NCBI RefSeq assembly: GCF_964213995.1
Contig: NW_027590302.1
Span: 1-64,000 of the forward strand
Reading direction: 5' to 3'
Origin: Mustelus asterias
Lineage: Eukaryota
DNA length: 64,000 nucleotides
A model generated the notes under the pieces. It searched no databases. It had not been told where the DNA came from and worked only from the letters and a program-made list of their open reading frames with translations. Shown one piece after another: positions 13,396-25,444 of the stretch. How positions within the stretch are numbered: position 1 is the first letter of the stretch; each line of letters begins with the position of its first letter. The position numbers and the translations under genes are program-made.

Positions 13396-14359
13396 GCCGC
13401 AGGTTTCTGGGTCACAGCTGCTGTCTGCTGAGGACTGTTTACAACAGCCAGTCACACACTGACACTGGAAAATATTCCTGTGCACAAAGACCCAGAGAAC
13501 AATCAGCAGAAACAGCATCAGAAACGGTACAAACCGAACATTCTTTCTGCCTGATTATTGCATTCACGTCGTGGCTGCAAAACTGGCTGCCCACCATTGA
13601 CAACACAAACTCCAGTTGGTTCCCTGAAACTAGCTCTGTCGATGCAGTGAAATAGGGTAAACGGAAAGTAAGATAACACTGTTTAAAATATCAGTCTGCA
13701 ATGGAGACAGGCTTACGCCAGGTCAAAATGTTGATAATTAAATGAAACGTGTTAATTGTCCCTCACTGTTACAGAGATGTGGAAATTTTAACCGAACGGA
13801 CCGCTACAATATCAGTAGGTTCTGAGCGTTGCTGCCACCTTGTGGGAGAGTTCACAATTTCTACCTGTAATGTTCAGTTCCATTCAGAGCATGATTGTTC
13901 AGGAATTATTTTTACAAGAAATTCAAAAGCTTACACCAAAATATCTTGTCAGTAAATATTGCGTTGTTCGGTGTAAATGCTGTACTGAACTTTACTCTAT
14001 GCTCTATATTTCCTATTGTAACCTTAAACTATGTTTCCTGTATTCATTTATGAGACAATCTCCTTGTTTCGATTACAGCAGGATGGTTAACAACTGTCCA
14101 GACCGTATTTCTTCTCACAGGGCACAAACTAGTGTCTCAACTAATACTACACTGATCCCACATATCTGTTCATATTTCACTGGATCCAGTGCCTGTTTAC
14201 ATGATACTGGCGCTGTCTCCTTCCTTCAACTTTATTTGCCGTGTAATCCATTAGAGACGTTGTCGGTTGTTACTGGTCTTAGACCATGCTCATGTTTATA
14301 TCGCAAATTTTACAAACTTGTCTAAATTCTCTAAGACATTTTGAATTAGATTTGAATTC

Positions 14360-15130
14360 AGATTATGACCTGAATGGCTGTAAATTGGGACAGGGGAGTG
14401 TGCAGCGGGACCTGGGTGTCCTTGTGCACCAGTCACTGAAGGTAAGTATGCAGGTGCATCAGGCAGAAAAGAAGGCAATTGGTATGTTGGCCTTCATTGC
14501 GAGAGGTTTCGAGTACAGGAGCGGGGATATGTTGTTGCAATTATACAGGGACTTGGTGAGGCCACGGTTAGAGTATTGTGTGCAGTTTTGGTCTCCCTTT
14601 CTGAGGAAGGATGTTCTTGCTCTCGAGGGAGTGCAACAAAAGTTTACCAGGCTGATTCCGGGGATGGCGGGACTGATGTAAGAGGAGAGATTGACGACGT
14701 CAGGATTGTTTTCACTGGAGTTCAGACGAAAGCAGGGGGGGGGGGGGGGTGGTTCTCAAAGAGACTTATAAAATTCTAACAGGTCTAAACAGGGTAGATG
14801 CAGAGAGGATTTTCCCGATGGTGTGGAAATCCAAAACCAGAGGTCACAGTCCGAGGATTCAGGGTAGACCATTTAAGACGGAGATGAGGAGAGATTTCTT
14901 CACCCAAAGAGTGGTGAGCCTGTGGAATTCATTACCACAGGAAGTAGCTGATGCCAAAACATTGAATGCATTCAAGAGGCGGCTGGATAAAGCACTTGGG
15001 GCGAATGGGATCAAAGGTTATGGGGAGAAAGCAGGACTGGGCGATTGAGTTGGATGATCAGCCATGATCGTGATGAATGGCGGAGCAGGCTCGAAGGTCC
15101 CAATGGCCTCCTCCTGCTCCTATCTTCTAC
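14360..15130 (+). mobile_element. CR1 LINE 3' fragment
   Basis: VQRDLGVLVHQSLK..LVRPRLEYCVQFWSP..FFTQRVVSLWNSLP. Confidence 0.88.
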
Positions 15131-15497
15131 GTTTCTAGGTTTGTATGAATTATGCCCAAAATATATTTGATATAAATGGAATAAATGGAACCTTCCCCAA
15201 ATCTGTTACTCTCGGCTTGTAACTTATTGACATTTATTTGAAACCAACACATTCTGCTGATACGTTTAGAAAGAACAGAATTCCCTCCATTTTGCCCTAT
15301 CCCAATCACCCTGTCACATTGCGGCAGTGTTTTTCCACCTAGCTCCCTCTGGTTCTTGTCACTCTGTCTCTCAGTCCGCAGTAATACACCGCGCTGTCAG
15401 ACAACCGCAGCTCAGGGATGGTGAAAATCCCCTCACTTTTTGAACTGTCGAGGAATGCAGAAAATCGAGGCCCCACACCCTCTGGTCTGAAAATATC

Positions 15498-15596
15498 GTA
15501 AGAAGTCTCACAACACCAGGTTAAAGTCCAACAGGTTTATTTGGTAGCAGACACCATAAGCTTTCGGAGCGTGCTGCTCCTTCGTCAGATGGAGTG
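15498..15596 (-). mobile_element. Solo Penelope-type terminal repeat with hammerhead motif, inserted in V6
   Basis: Flanked by GAAAATATC (15489-15497, 15597-15605); same sequence as the termini of the 30762-32012 element. Confidence 0.8.
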
Positions 15597-15902
15597 GAAA
15601 ATATCCCCAGCAGAAGGAATATAGATCAAGAATCTGGGAGCTTTGTCCCGATCCTGACGGTACAGGTGTAATAATTAGAAAGCAGCAGTGGTGGAATAGC
15701 TGAAATTGATTATCACAGAGTCGCCTTCGAACTGTGTCGCTGTAACCCGGCTCCTGTGAGACCGAGTCTGCAGCATGAACACCTGCAGAAATGAAGAAAT
15801 AGAGAACATTTTGTTGCCATTTTATTGCAGCCAAGATTGTCAAGTTAACAGAATATATTGCAAATGCAGGAAACACATGGTTAAAAGTAAAAATACTCTG
15901 TG

Positions 15903-16230
15903 AGCGGCATGGTAGCACAGTGGTTAGCACTGCTGCTTCACAGCTCCAGGGTCCCGGGTTCGATTCCCGGCTCGGGTCACTGTCTGTGTGGAGTTTGCAT
16001 ATTCTCCTCATGTCTGTGTGGGTTTCCTCCAGGTGCTCTGGTTTCCTCCCACAGTCCAAAGATGTGCGGGTTAGGTTGATTGGCCAGGTTAAAAAAAATT
16101 GCCCCTTAGAGTCCTGGGATGCGTGGATTAGTGGGTAAAATATGTGGGGGTAGGGCCTGGGTGGGATTGTGGGCGGTGCAGACTCGATGGACCGAATGGC
16201 CTCCTTCTGCACTGTAGGGTTTCTATGATT
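15903..16230 (+). mobile_element. tRNA-derived V-SINE (HE1-like)
   Basis: GGTAGCACAGTGGTTAGCACTGCTGCTTCACAGC..GGTTCGATTCCC A/B boxes, V-domain, LINE-like tail. Confidence 0.88.
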
Positions 16231-17039
16231 CTTTCTATGAGTAACGTTAACAAGTTGAAAACTGAGTAACTTGGGAGTTAACAAGTTAGGAGGCCAGTAG
16301 CTGTGAGGAATGAATAAAGGGTATCACCCAAAATGCTCACAGAGCTGATGCTGGATCTGAACTCAGTGAGTTAAAGCTCAATAGTTTTAGGTAAGAGTTG
16401 AGAAGATGAGCAGTGACATTCGGCCTGGCAACCTGATTGGTCTATTCCTGACAGAGCGACAAGTGACAACCAATCGGTTCATTGCTCCATTGTCCCACAT
16501 TTCATCCAATCAACTCGCAGTTTGTGACGTCAGTGAGCTGGGTAGATGAAAGACCAGCAGTGGCCACTTTGCCTTGCAAAAATGCTCCTACTATCTACCT
16601 GTCTATCTCTCACCATCTTCATGCACTACCCGAAGTCCCATTTTACTCTTAAAATCCACAAATGTATCATCATCAGTTCGAAATAAACCCAAAGACTGCA
16701 CAATCACTGCTCTGTGGTGTAGAGAATGATAAGAGTTGCTTTAAACTCAATATGGCTTCATTAACAGGGTCAATATTTAAGTTGGAGGTGATGGGTAATT
16801 GTTAAAATGGTTCTATTATCATGGCCGGAGTTTCTCATTAAGAGAGCTGCTCGCTGAAAATGAAAAATAAAATACTTACCGCTGATAGAAACAGGACTTT
16901 GATGTATAACGACACATTGTGCAGCACAGAACGTAAAAATTCTGGCAAATTGGTCTTTATATGATTTGGGTCATACTATAAAACCCTAATCCAGTTGACA
17001 GATCTGATTCAGTGAGAGGAGGCGAGAGTGCCCTTGCTG

Positions 17040-17515
17040 TTTTTTTGTGCGGGCTGACTGTGCCTCTGTAACAGTGCGGGGCTCAGCGCACAGTAATACA
17101 CAGCAGAGTCAGACACACGGACCCCGGTGATATTTAACGGAACTGTTTTCTTGTCTTGGTCCAAATCAGCAGAATACCGGTCCGGGAAATCGGGAGACTT
17201 ATCCCCCTGCCGCTTCCCGTAACTCTTCAGTAAATATCTCGGAGCTTCACCAGGATTCTGGATGTACCAGAAGAGAGTTGGCATTACTTTTTTTGTAGTG
17301 TAGTTGCAGTTCAATATTCCCTCCTGTCCTTCCTGAACCGTGAATTCAGGCGCTGCTGGGAAGCTGAATCTTGGCCATTGGTTCCTGTAACAACATATAG
17401 AATGTGTGAGAAATCTGTGAGTGAATATAACCCGTGAAACACACACTGAGGATTTGAGCTCAGACTAACCGGGCAATGTGACCATTATTATCAGTAAAGC
17501 ACACAGGGAACACAT
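17040..17515 (-). pseudogene. TCR V pseudogene V7 (leader 17515-17470, V exon 17384-17079, RSS 17078-17040)
   Basis: MCSLCALLIIMVTLP / GTNGQDSASQQ, 1-nt frameshift, then intact ILNC..LFWYIQ..DSAVYYCALS; heptamer CGCACTG + 23 + ACAAAAAAA. Confidence 0.9.
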
Positions 17516-18418
17516 GGTTCCTGATTGGCAGTAAACAGCGACACTGCTTAACATTTGTCGCTGTTTCTAGTCTTATATCACAGAGCGAACTCAGATCAGA
17601 GACAGCTTCAATTATAGGAAAGGGGGGGGCGTTTCTTAGTGCTACGATTGGCTAGTCTCCCTGAGGATCACCTTTGGACCTGGTAGCTTTGGACCAATCA
17701 CTCTTAGTTGAGGAGGAAGTACAGCTGGCGATCTCCAATCAAATTGTAGCCCCGGCTGCGTGTGTCTTTCTCACTCTCACCTTCTCTGTCACAATATCAG
17801 TCATTCTTTCTCCGTTTAACTCGCTTGCCTTCGAACTCAATGTCAATGTATTTTTTTAGGTAGATCTTTCCCCCTAATTAAGGTGAAAATTGAAGCAGAT
17901 AATTTGAAATCCCTCTGATGCACAGTTTTTGAGTGCCGCCCAGTGCATGAGGATAATTAATAGATACCGTTTTAAGAACACTGGGGAAAAGTAATCACCC
18001 AGCTCCACATTGAGATGAGCTTCCACTGGGAAGGCATGGATTTCAGTCAGTCAATATTTTTAACCCAGCAACTTCAACATGTGGCAACTCTGAGTCTGCC
18101 TTTGATATTTGATCACTTCTGAAATGTGTGATCTGTCAGACAGTCAACTGATTAGGAACATTCAAAATACAACTTGATAACGTTTTTCACTTGGGAGATT
18201 TGCAGATTTGTGTGAATGTGATATGGGAACGATTGGACTTGATCTGGTAGTAATATGAGTAAAAATGTCAAACTTCCCAACAGTGACAATCATTGACCTC
18301 AGTGAGCGAAAACCCTCAGACGGGACTGTATTGTCACCTTCACTATGGGTGCATTCTCTCTGAATTTTCAACCCCATGTGTTGCCCTGACAATGAATCAT
18401 TGATTTTCGACCTGTGCC

Positions 18419-18594
18419 AGTTTTTGTATGAGGCCCGCGGGATCCTCATTCACTGTGGGCCTCCGTGCACAGTAATACACGGCGCTGTCTGTCATCTTCT
18501 ATCCTTTCACTGACAAGTGAAAAGTGCTTTATTTCAGGTTGTGATTCCCGCTGAGGTGTTCAAAGCCGGGAGCCGTATCGGTAAACCCATAACT
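18419..18594 (-). pseudogene. 3' remnant of TCR V segment V8, truncated by CR1, with perfect 23-RSS (18457-18419)
   Basis: SYGFTDTAPGF..*STFHLSVKG*KMTDSAVYYCARR + CACAGTG + 23 + ACAAAAACT. Confidence 0.88.
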
Positions 18595-19730
18595 CCCAAA
18601 CCAGATCCTTGCGGTACACCACTAATAACTGAACTCCAGGATGAACATTTCCCATCAACCACCACCCTCTGTCTTCTTACAGCTAGCCAATTTCTGATCC
18701 AAACCGCTAAGTCACCCTCAATCCCATGCGTCCGTATTTTCTGCAATAGCTTACCGTGGGGAACCTTATCAAACGCTTTACTGAAATCCATATACACCAC
18801 ATCAACTGCTTTACCCTCATCCACCTCTTTGGTCACCTTCTCAAAGAACTCAGTAATGTTTGTGAGGCACGACCTACCCTTCACAAAACCGTGCTGACTA
18901 TCCCTAATCAAATTATTAATTTCCAGATGATTATTAATCCTATCTCTTCTAATCCTTTCCAAAACTTTGCCCACAACAGAAGTAAGGCTCACTGGTCTAT
19001 AATTACCAGGGTTGTCTCTACTCCCCTTCTTGAACAAGGGGACAACATTTGCTATCCTCCAGTCTTCTGGCACTATTCCTGTAGACAATGACGACATAAA
19101 GATCAAAGCCAAAGGCTCTGCAATCTCCTCCCTAGCCTCCCAGAGAATCCTAGGATAAATCCCATTCGGCCCAGGGGACTTATCTATTTTCACACTTTCC
19201 AGAATTGCTAACGCCTCCTCCTTATGAACCTCAACCCCGTCTAGTCCAATAGCCTAGATCTCAGTATTCTCCTCGACAACATTGTCTTTTTCCTGTGTGA
19301 ATACTGACGGAAAATATTCATTTAGCGCCTCTCCTATCTCTTCGGAATTCCCGCTGCTGTCCTTGACTGGCCCTAATCTTATCCTAGTCATTCTTTTATT
19401 CCTGATATACCCATAGAAAGCTTTAGGGTTTTCCTTGAACCTACCTGCCAAAGACTTCTCATGTCCCCTCCTGACTCTTCTTAGTTCTCTCTTTAGGTCC
19501 TTCCTGGCTAACTTGTAACTCTCAAGCGCCCTAACTGAGCCTTCACGTCTCATCTTTACATAAGTCTCCTTCTTCCTCTTCACAAGAGATTCAGCTTTTT
19601 TAGTAAACCACGGTTCCCCCGCTCGACCACTACCTCCTTGCCTGACAGGTACATACTATCAAGGACACGCAGTAGCTGTTCCTTGAACATTTCAATTGTG
19701 CCCGTCCCCTGCAGTTTCCTTCCCCATCAT
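18595..19730 (-). mobile_element. CR1 LINE internal ORF2 fragment
   Basis: DKSPGPNGIYPRIL..WRIANVVPLFKKG..QHGFVKGRSCLTN..DFSKAFDKVPH..SGVPQGS. Confidence 0.92.
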
Positions 19731-20864
19731 ATGGTCCAATCCAGCTCCTGTTCCCTATTCTCTGTTGTTCTTCTGTCCAGTTCATTGTTCTGAGAAAAGA
19801 ATCAACTGAATGAGGAATTCCAGAAGAAGAGATAAATATCTCATAATGAAACTAGTACATAATAAGGAATAGCGTGATTTCGGAGGGCTGCTTGTTCATC
19901 TGGAATACTAGACAGCAGCATATCCACAATGCTATTGCTCCCGTAATCGTTGCAGCAAACATACAAACTTGGTGAGGCAGCTCCATCCGGTGGCAATCTG
20001 AGGTAAATGACCATTTCCTGGAAAGTCACAGAATTCATAAATTACTGAAGGCTGTTCGTTTAATATTATTATTATGTCACATTATTCCTGAAAGTATTTT
20101 TACTATTGCAATGCAGTGAACATATCCACCAGAGCTAATTCTACCTTAATTTGAAATCCCGGTGAACAGTGATAGGGCAAGTAGCTGAGGGGAGGAATAG
20201 TCAGTCCCTCTTCGTATGAAAAAATATTTCGGTTACTATTGCTCACAAACTCAAAGTATCCAGAAAACAACAGGACCCGCAAATCTTGTCACTCCACTCT
20301 GACGGTCAAAGTGACAACTCTTTCTGGCAGAGACCCATAAGTCTTCTGTATAAATAATGTTTCTAACAACATAACAGCGGCAACACTGGAGATCAATTTC
20401 CATAGTGTGTAAAGTGCTTTCAAATGTCCAGGGTGCTGGACCAGTAGAAACTCTTCTTTCTCTTGTCGAGTAATAGTTCGTTCCAAGGGTTAAATTTATT
20501 GTCCGGCTGTTTCCGCCGGGCCCAGTAATGTTTTTTTTTAATTTCCGTTTTTTTTAAATTTCGATCCAGCTTTTCCATGATTGGGTTGATGAGCAGTCAC
20601 CACTTTCAGGGATTCCAAGTATTAGGTATCCAGTCTGTTCCGAGATTCTTTCCTCTCCACAGGAGTGCTTCAGGAAAAACAACCTGAATAGATACTTGGG
20701 TGACGCTGATGGAAAGTGACCGAAGCACTGAATGGCTGCTTGCTATCTATCTCTCAGTTCTGATCCTGGTCACCTCGATTAAAGGTTTACACTAATCTAC
20801 CTTCATGTGTAAATATAAACTAAATATTAATTGTCAAAGCGGTGCAATATCTAAAATTAGCAGT

Positions 20865-21420
20865 ACAAGCGAGGCCGAATTTGGAGTATTGTGTACAGTT
20901 TTGGTCACCTAGTTACAGGAAGGATGTAAATAAGATTGAAAGAGTGCAGAGAAGGTTCACAAGGATGTTGCCGGGACTTGAGAAGCTGAGTTACAGAGAG
21001 ATTGAACAGGTTGGGACTTTATTCCCTGGAGCGTAGAAGATTGAGGGGAGATTTGATAGAGGTGTATAAGATTTTGATGGGTATAGATAGAGTGAATGCA
21101 AGCAGGCTTTTTCCGCTGAGGCTGGGGGAGAAAAAAACCAGAGGGCATGGGTTAAGGGTGAAAGGAGAAAAGTTTAAAGGGAATATTAGGGGGGGCTTCT
21201 TCACGCAGAGAGTGGTGGGAGTGTGGAATGAGCTGCCGGATAAAGTGGTAAATGCCACTTTATCCGGCAGAAAAACTTGGACGGGTTCATGGATGAGAGG
21301 GGTGTGGAGGGATATGGTCCAAGTGCAGGTCAGTGGGACTAGGCATAAAATGGTTCGGCAGAGACAAGAAGGGCCAAAAGGCCTGTTTCTGAGCTGTAAT
21401 TTTCTATGGTTCTATGGTTC
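20865..21420 (+). mobile_element. CR1 LINE 3' fragment
   Basis: RPNLEYCVQFWSP..LERRRLRGDLIEVYK; TTCTATGG tail. Confidence 0.88.
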
Positions 21421-21904
21421 TAAGCGCTAATCTACAAACGCCGCTCCCCAGGTGAGGTTCAGTTGTTAACTCTATCGCCTCTGAAGCAGATGTTTTCAGA
21501 ATTCCACTCTCTCTACAGAGACTCTACTTACAGGACCCATTCAGATGCGGCAGTGCAGCCCTAGGGGAATGGTGAATTGTCCGGGGTGCCGAATGAGACG
21601 TTAAATGGAGGGCACCGACTCCCCTCTCAGAGGGAGGTGATAGTTCACAAGGACACGATTGTGAAGAAGAGCAGTTGAATTACTCTAGTCAATTACTACC
21701 CAAAATAAACGTTCTGAAACAAGCGATCCATTAAAATGTTGCTGTTTGAAGGATCAGCCGGGGATCAAATTGGCTGCCGTCTCTTCTCTACTCATTGTAA
21801 CAGTGACGGTGAACACTCTGTGGTACATCAAGGAAGGCGCCATATAAATAGTTCATTCTTATTCACTCAACTACCCAAGTTTACATGCTGAGTGATATTC
21901 TAAG

Positions 21905-21943
21905 AGTTTTTAGACAGCTTCAGCGCAGCTCTGCGTCTATGTG
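21905..21943 (-). other. Degenerate 23-RSS of V9
   Basis: CACATAG + 23 nt + CTAAAAACT. Confidence 0.85.
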
Positions 21944-22705
21944 GGTCTCAGTGCACAGGAATACACCCTGGAGTCTGTCAGCTCAGTTTTAGATATCTTC
22001 ATTGTGCTCTTCACAAAATCAAACTCCGCAGAGAAACGGTCCCCTCGGAATCTCTCTGTGCTCCCGCTGTATGTATATCTCTGCAGCAGAAACTCCATCG
22101 ACCCGCCGGGATGCTGACGGTACCACAATATGTTAGGATAGTCGCTGGCTGTAGCTGTAAAGTTACAGAACAACTGAACATCCTTCCCTGTACTCACTGT
22201 GACGGCAGCCGGTGTCTGTGTAACAGAGTCTCCTCGACAATGTCCTGCAAGTGTCCAGAGGGACATCAAATCCAACAATATCAATTAACTACGTTTATCA
22301 GGCAGTATTGGCTTTTTGACCCGAATTAAAGCCCGGTAAATAAATAGATGCCGCTAAAGTGAAAAATATTTTCCACAGCTCAGGATCTGTCACTGGAAGG
22401 CGTTTGGATCGAATATGCAAACTTTTCATGAACGCACATTTGGCGCCGTCTATCGAGATCAGTTTCCCAAACGCATTTCCTGCAATTTGAAGGGAAAACT
22501 GAAAACTGCCCCCAGTTTTAAATTGCAGTGTTTGTCACAGGCTGCGTGGAGACAATGTGGGTAGGATTAATTTACGGTTCTGTGATCAATCCATTGTTAG
22601 CTATGTATTAATGTTAAAGATGTCAAACAGGTTTGTGCAACTTGGGAACTTACCGATTAACAGAGCTGTCGCTGTGAGGACTGAACACAAAGTGACAGGA
22701 GGCAT
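21944..22705 (-). CDS. TRAV: TCR V segment V9, open reading frame with non-canonical RSS (leader 22705-22654, V exon 22244-21944)
   Basis: MPPVTLCSVLTATALLI / GHCRGDSVTQ..VQLFC..ILWYRQ..DRFS..TDSRVYSCALR; YYC changed to YSC. Confidence 0.82.
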
Positions 22706-23116
22706 TTTCCAGACACCTCCCGGCACAGTTAACAGCAATGAGCTGAAGCTGAAGTTGTTTCACTCAAGACTTTAGAGGGTGAGTAACACGCACGACACTG
22801 CTGATTGGTTCATTGCCGGCTGAGTCATCAGTTGACATTCAATCATCTTAAAGCGTCTTCTCTTCAATCAAATATATCAAATTCCTTGGATATTTAATTC
22901 CTACCATCGGAATGGGGCGAAAAGAACAAAGGGTTTCTGTTCAAATCTAAGCTGAGTATTTTCTGAGGAAATACTCCAAGATCGGTCCTTTCACAGGTTC
23001 AATCTGTCAGGGGGAGACAGAGAAAGAAAACAGTGAAGGTTGTTCTGGTCCAAAAGCCGGATTCCCCAATTGGAGGAGCTGCTCTCTGACTACATTACAT
23101 TCCGCTTTCGGTTCCG

Positions 23117-23365
23117 GGCGGCACGGTAGCACAGTGATTAGCACCGCTGCTACACAGCAGCCGGGACCGAGATCGATTCTCAGCTGCGGTCACTGAGTGT
23201 GTGGAGTTTGCACATTCTCCATGTGTCTGGGTGGATTTTCTCCAGTGCTCCCTTTTCCTCCCACATTCTGAAAGACGTGCTGTTAGCGGCATTGACCCGA
23301 ACAGGCACCGGACTGCGGCGATTAGGGTAATTTCGCAGTTACTTCATAAGCCTTACTTGTGACTT
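23117..23365 (+). mobile_element. tRNA-derived V-SINE variant
   Basis: GGGCGGCACGGTAGCACAGTG head and V-domain. Confidence 0.8.
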
Positions 23366-25444
23366 TTAAAAAAACTTACAACAATGAATGGAATAGAAGC
23401 ACCAAATGTTTTTAATGAATTATATAGCGGGGGTTGTATGTGGAGGCGACTGTTTAATGGATTTGAGCTGAATGGGAGTGAGGATACACGCATTGACTCA
23501 GTGATCTTGGATTAGTTGATCATCAGAAATATTCGCAACACACATACAATAAAAATAACGTTTTCCCTGTAATTTATTGCTTAACCGTCAGAAACACAGG
23601 CGTCCATCGTCACCGATTTCCGAATTTAATATCATTAAATAAACAGGTTGAACCTTTATTGACAGCACCTCCCAAACCCGCAATTACTTCCACCAGATGA
23701 TGCATGGGAACATCAGCACCGATATGTTCCCCTTCAAGCAATGCGATATCCTAACATATTGTGTTCATTTCACTGAAGCTCAAAATCATGGAAACCCCTC
23801 CCTGACAGTACTGCGAGTGTCGCCACATTACGTGGAATGCGAAAGGCAGCTCACCAAGATCTTTCCATGGACAATTAGTGGTAGGTAATAAATACTGGTC
23901 TTGATAGCAACGTTCACTTTTATTAAATGTTTTAAAAACACTCAATCTGTAACCAATCCCGAGCATCAAACCAACAACTGAACAAATCTTCTCCTGCCGC
24001 CTGGTGGCGAATGCTTGTAAAGTTTCTGAAACTAATTCAGAAGAGGTGGATGACTCGGGCTAATTTTCACCAAGCAAAGACAAAGGAAGCTAAAATCGTG
24101 AACTAACACAAACAAATAACAGATTGTACGAATCAATGTTATTCACAATTGATCTGTTCTACAACAGACGTCAGCTGCAAGAGTTTCTATTGCACAAAGA
24201 GGCGAGATTTTCTTTCCGAGATTTAACTGTTTTTATCACTATAAGTCTCACGGAGCAGTAACAGCTCAGAGATTGTTCAAGTGAAATTTCTTGTCAAGAT
24301 GTTGAGTTGTTCCAAAAATGGTCTTTGGCTTGAATGCTGAACCGCTCGGGTGTTTTATCAGAATAAACTCTGGCTGTATTTTAGAGTCTTGCCAATAGCA
24401 GTCTAATGCTTAACAGTCGCTCCATGTATTGTTAGAGATTCATTTTAAAGTAACCGCGTCTCCTTCCGTCTTAACTGCTGAGGGTAGCAGCTGGTGGCAA
24501 CCTCCACGAATTAGATCTAAAGGACATGTCACCATGGTGAAAGATAAAACAAGCGGGAGTTTAAAACTCAGATTCAAAACACGTTGGAAATATTAGCCAT
24601 GATGTGGAGTTGCCGGCGTTGTACTGGGATATATCTGGACTTTACCCTGATGTTGTGAGACTACGTACTGGAAATATTGGCAACATCTTTACCCCGCAAA
24701 TATCGTCATTATTTCCATTTTACAAACAATAGTGTGCCGCTTAGTGCGACCAAGGGGGAGAATAGATTTTTAGCCGGGAGAAAGTACTCACTGAGATGTC
24801 ATAGGAAAAGCAAGAGGTGGTCACAAATGTCTCCGGCCTTGTCTGTAACTGCAGACCATGAACTCCTCTGTCACAGCAAATACAGATCCCCACCCACAGC
24901 ACTGCTGATCCAACCGTTGGCAATGATGGAAGAGGAACAACAAGGTCTCCACGAGCAGAGATCAGGGAAGGCGGGTCAAAGGGAAACTGTGTGAGACTCG
25001 ATAACTAGCGCTCTTGTCCAACGCAGTGTCAGTCTGCGATAAATTATTACACTTCTCTCACTTTCTAGCTCTGTGATCCCTTCATTCCTTCTGTGAAATA
25101 AATTCCCCAACAAGACAAATTCCAGCCGCTGTGACCCGCTCCAGAAATTACACATTTCCTTCAATCAGAACCCGATCCAACTCACTGAATGGCGCCTACA
25201 ACAATATCAGATGCTGCAGTCTTAAATCATATCCTGCAATTTTAATCCAAATTGAATTGTTGAGACTTACACCAAGAGATAGGTTTAAAGTATGAAAAAT
25301 AATTATCGGATAATATCGAGACATCCATCTTATATATCCTGGAAAGTGTGAAATGTGTGAAATAAGTTTCCAGTTGGAATGGAAGAGGAGTAGACATTGA
25401 GATAGTTTAAGGAGGTGTCTGGAGGAACGTTGGGAAAGGAAGTT

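Larger units (their letters stand above)
15328..16331 (-). pseudogene. TCR V pseudogene V6 (leader ~16331-16283 with ATG lost, V exon 15782-15367, RSS 15366-15328)
   Basis: AADSVSQ, frameshift, first Cys>Phe, stop, Trp>Leu, insertion in CDR2, ..LSDSAVYYCGLR; RSS CAGAGTG + 23 + GGAAAAACA. Confidence 0.88.

Noticed and set aside
15903-15975. tRNA-like heads here and at other SINE copies
   Set aside because: They are V-SINE 5' regions, not tRNA genes.
15508-16284. 258-aa ORF
   Set aside because: Chance read-through of antisense SINE, intron, V pseudogene and Penelope repeat.
17925-18160. Nonamer-like TCAAAAACT on - with V-like fragments
   Set aside because: No heptamer at 12 or 23 nt spacing and no YYC.
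18458-18594. YYCARR suggesting an IgH-like V (TAILV) in the TCR locus
   Set aside because: The remaining framework (STFHLSV, TDSAVYYC) is TCR-like; no VH-type FR3 motif.
24780-25200. Possible decayed exon on - with AG and GTGAGT ends
   Set aside because: Stops in the frames examined and no recognisable homology.
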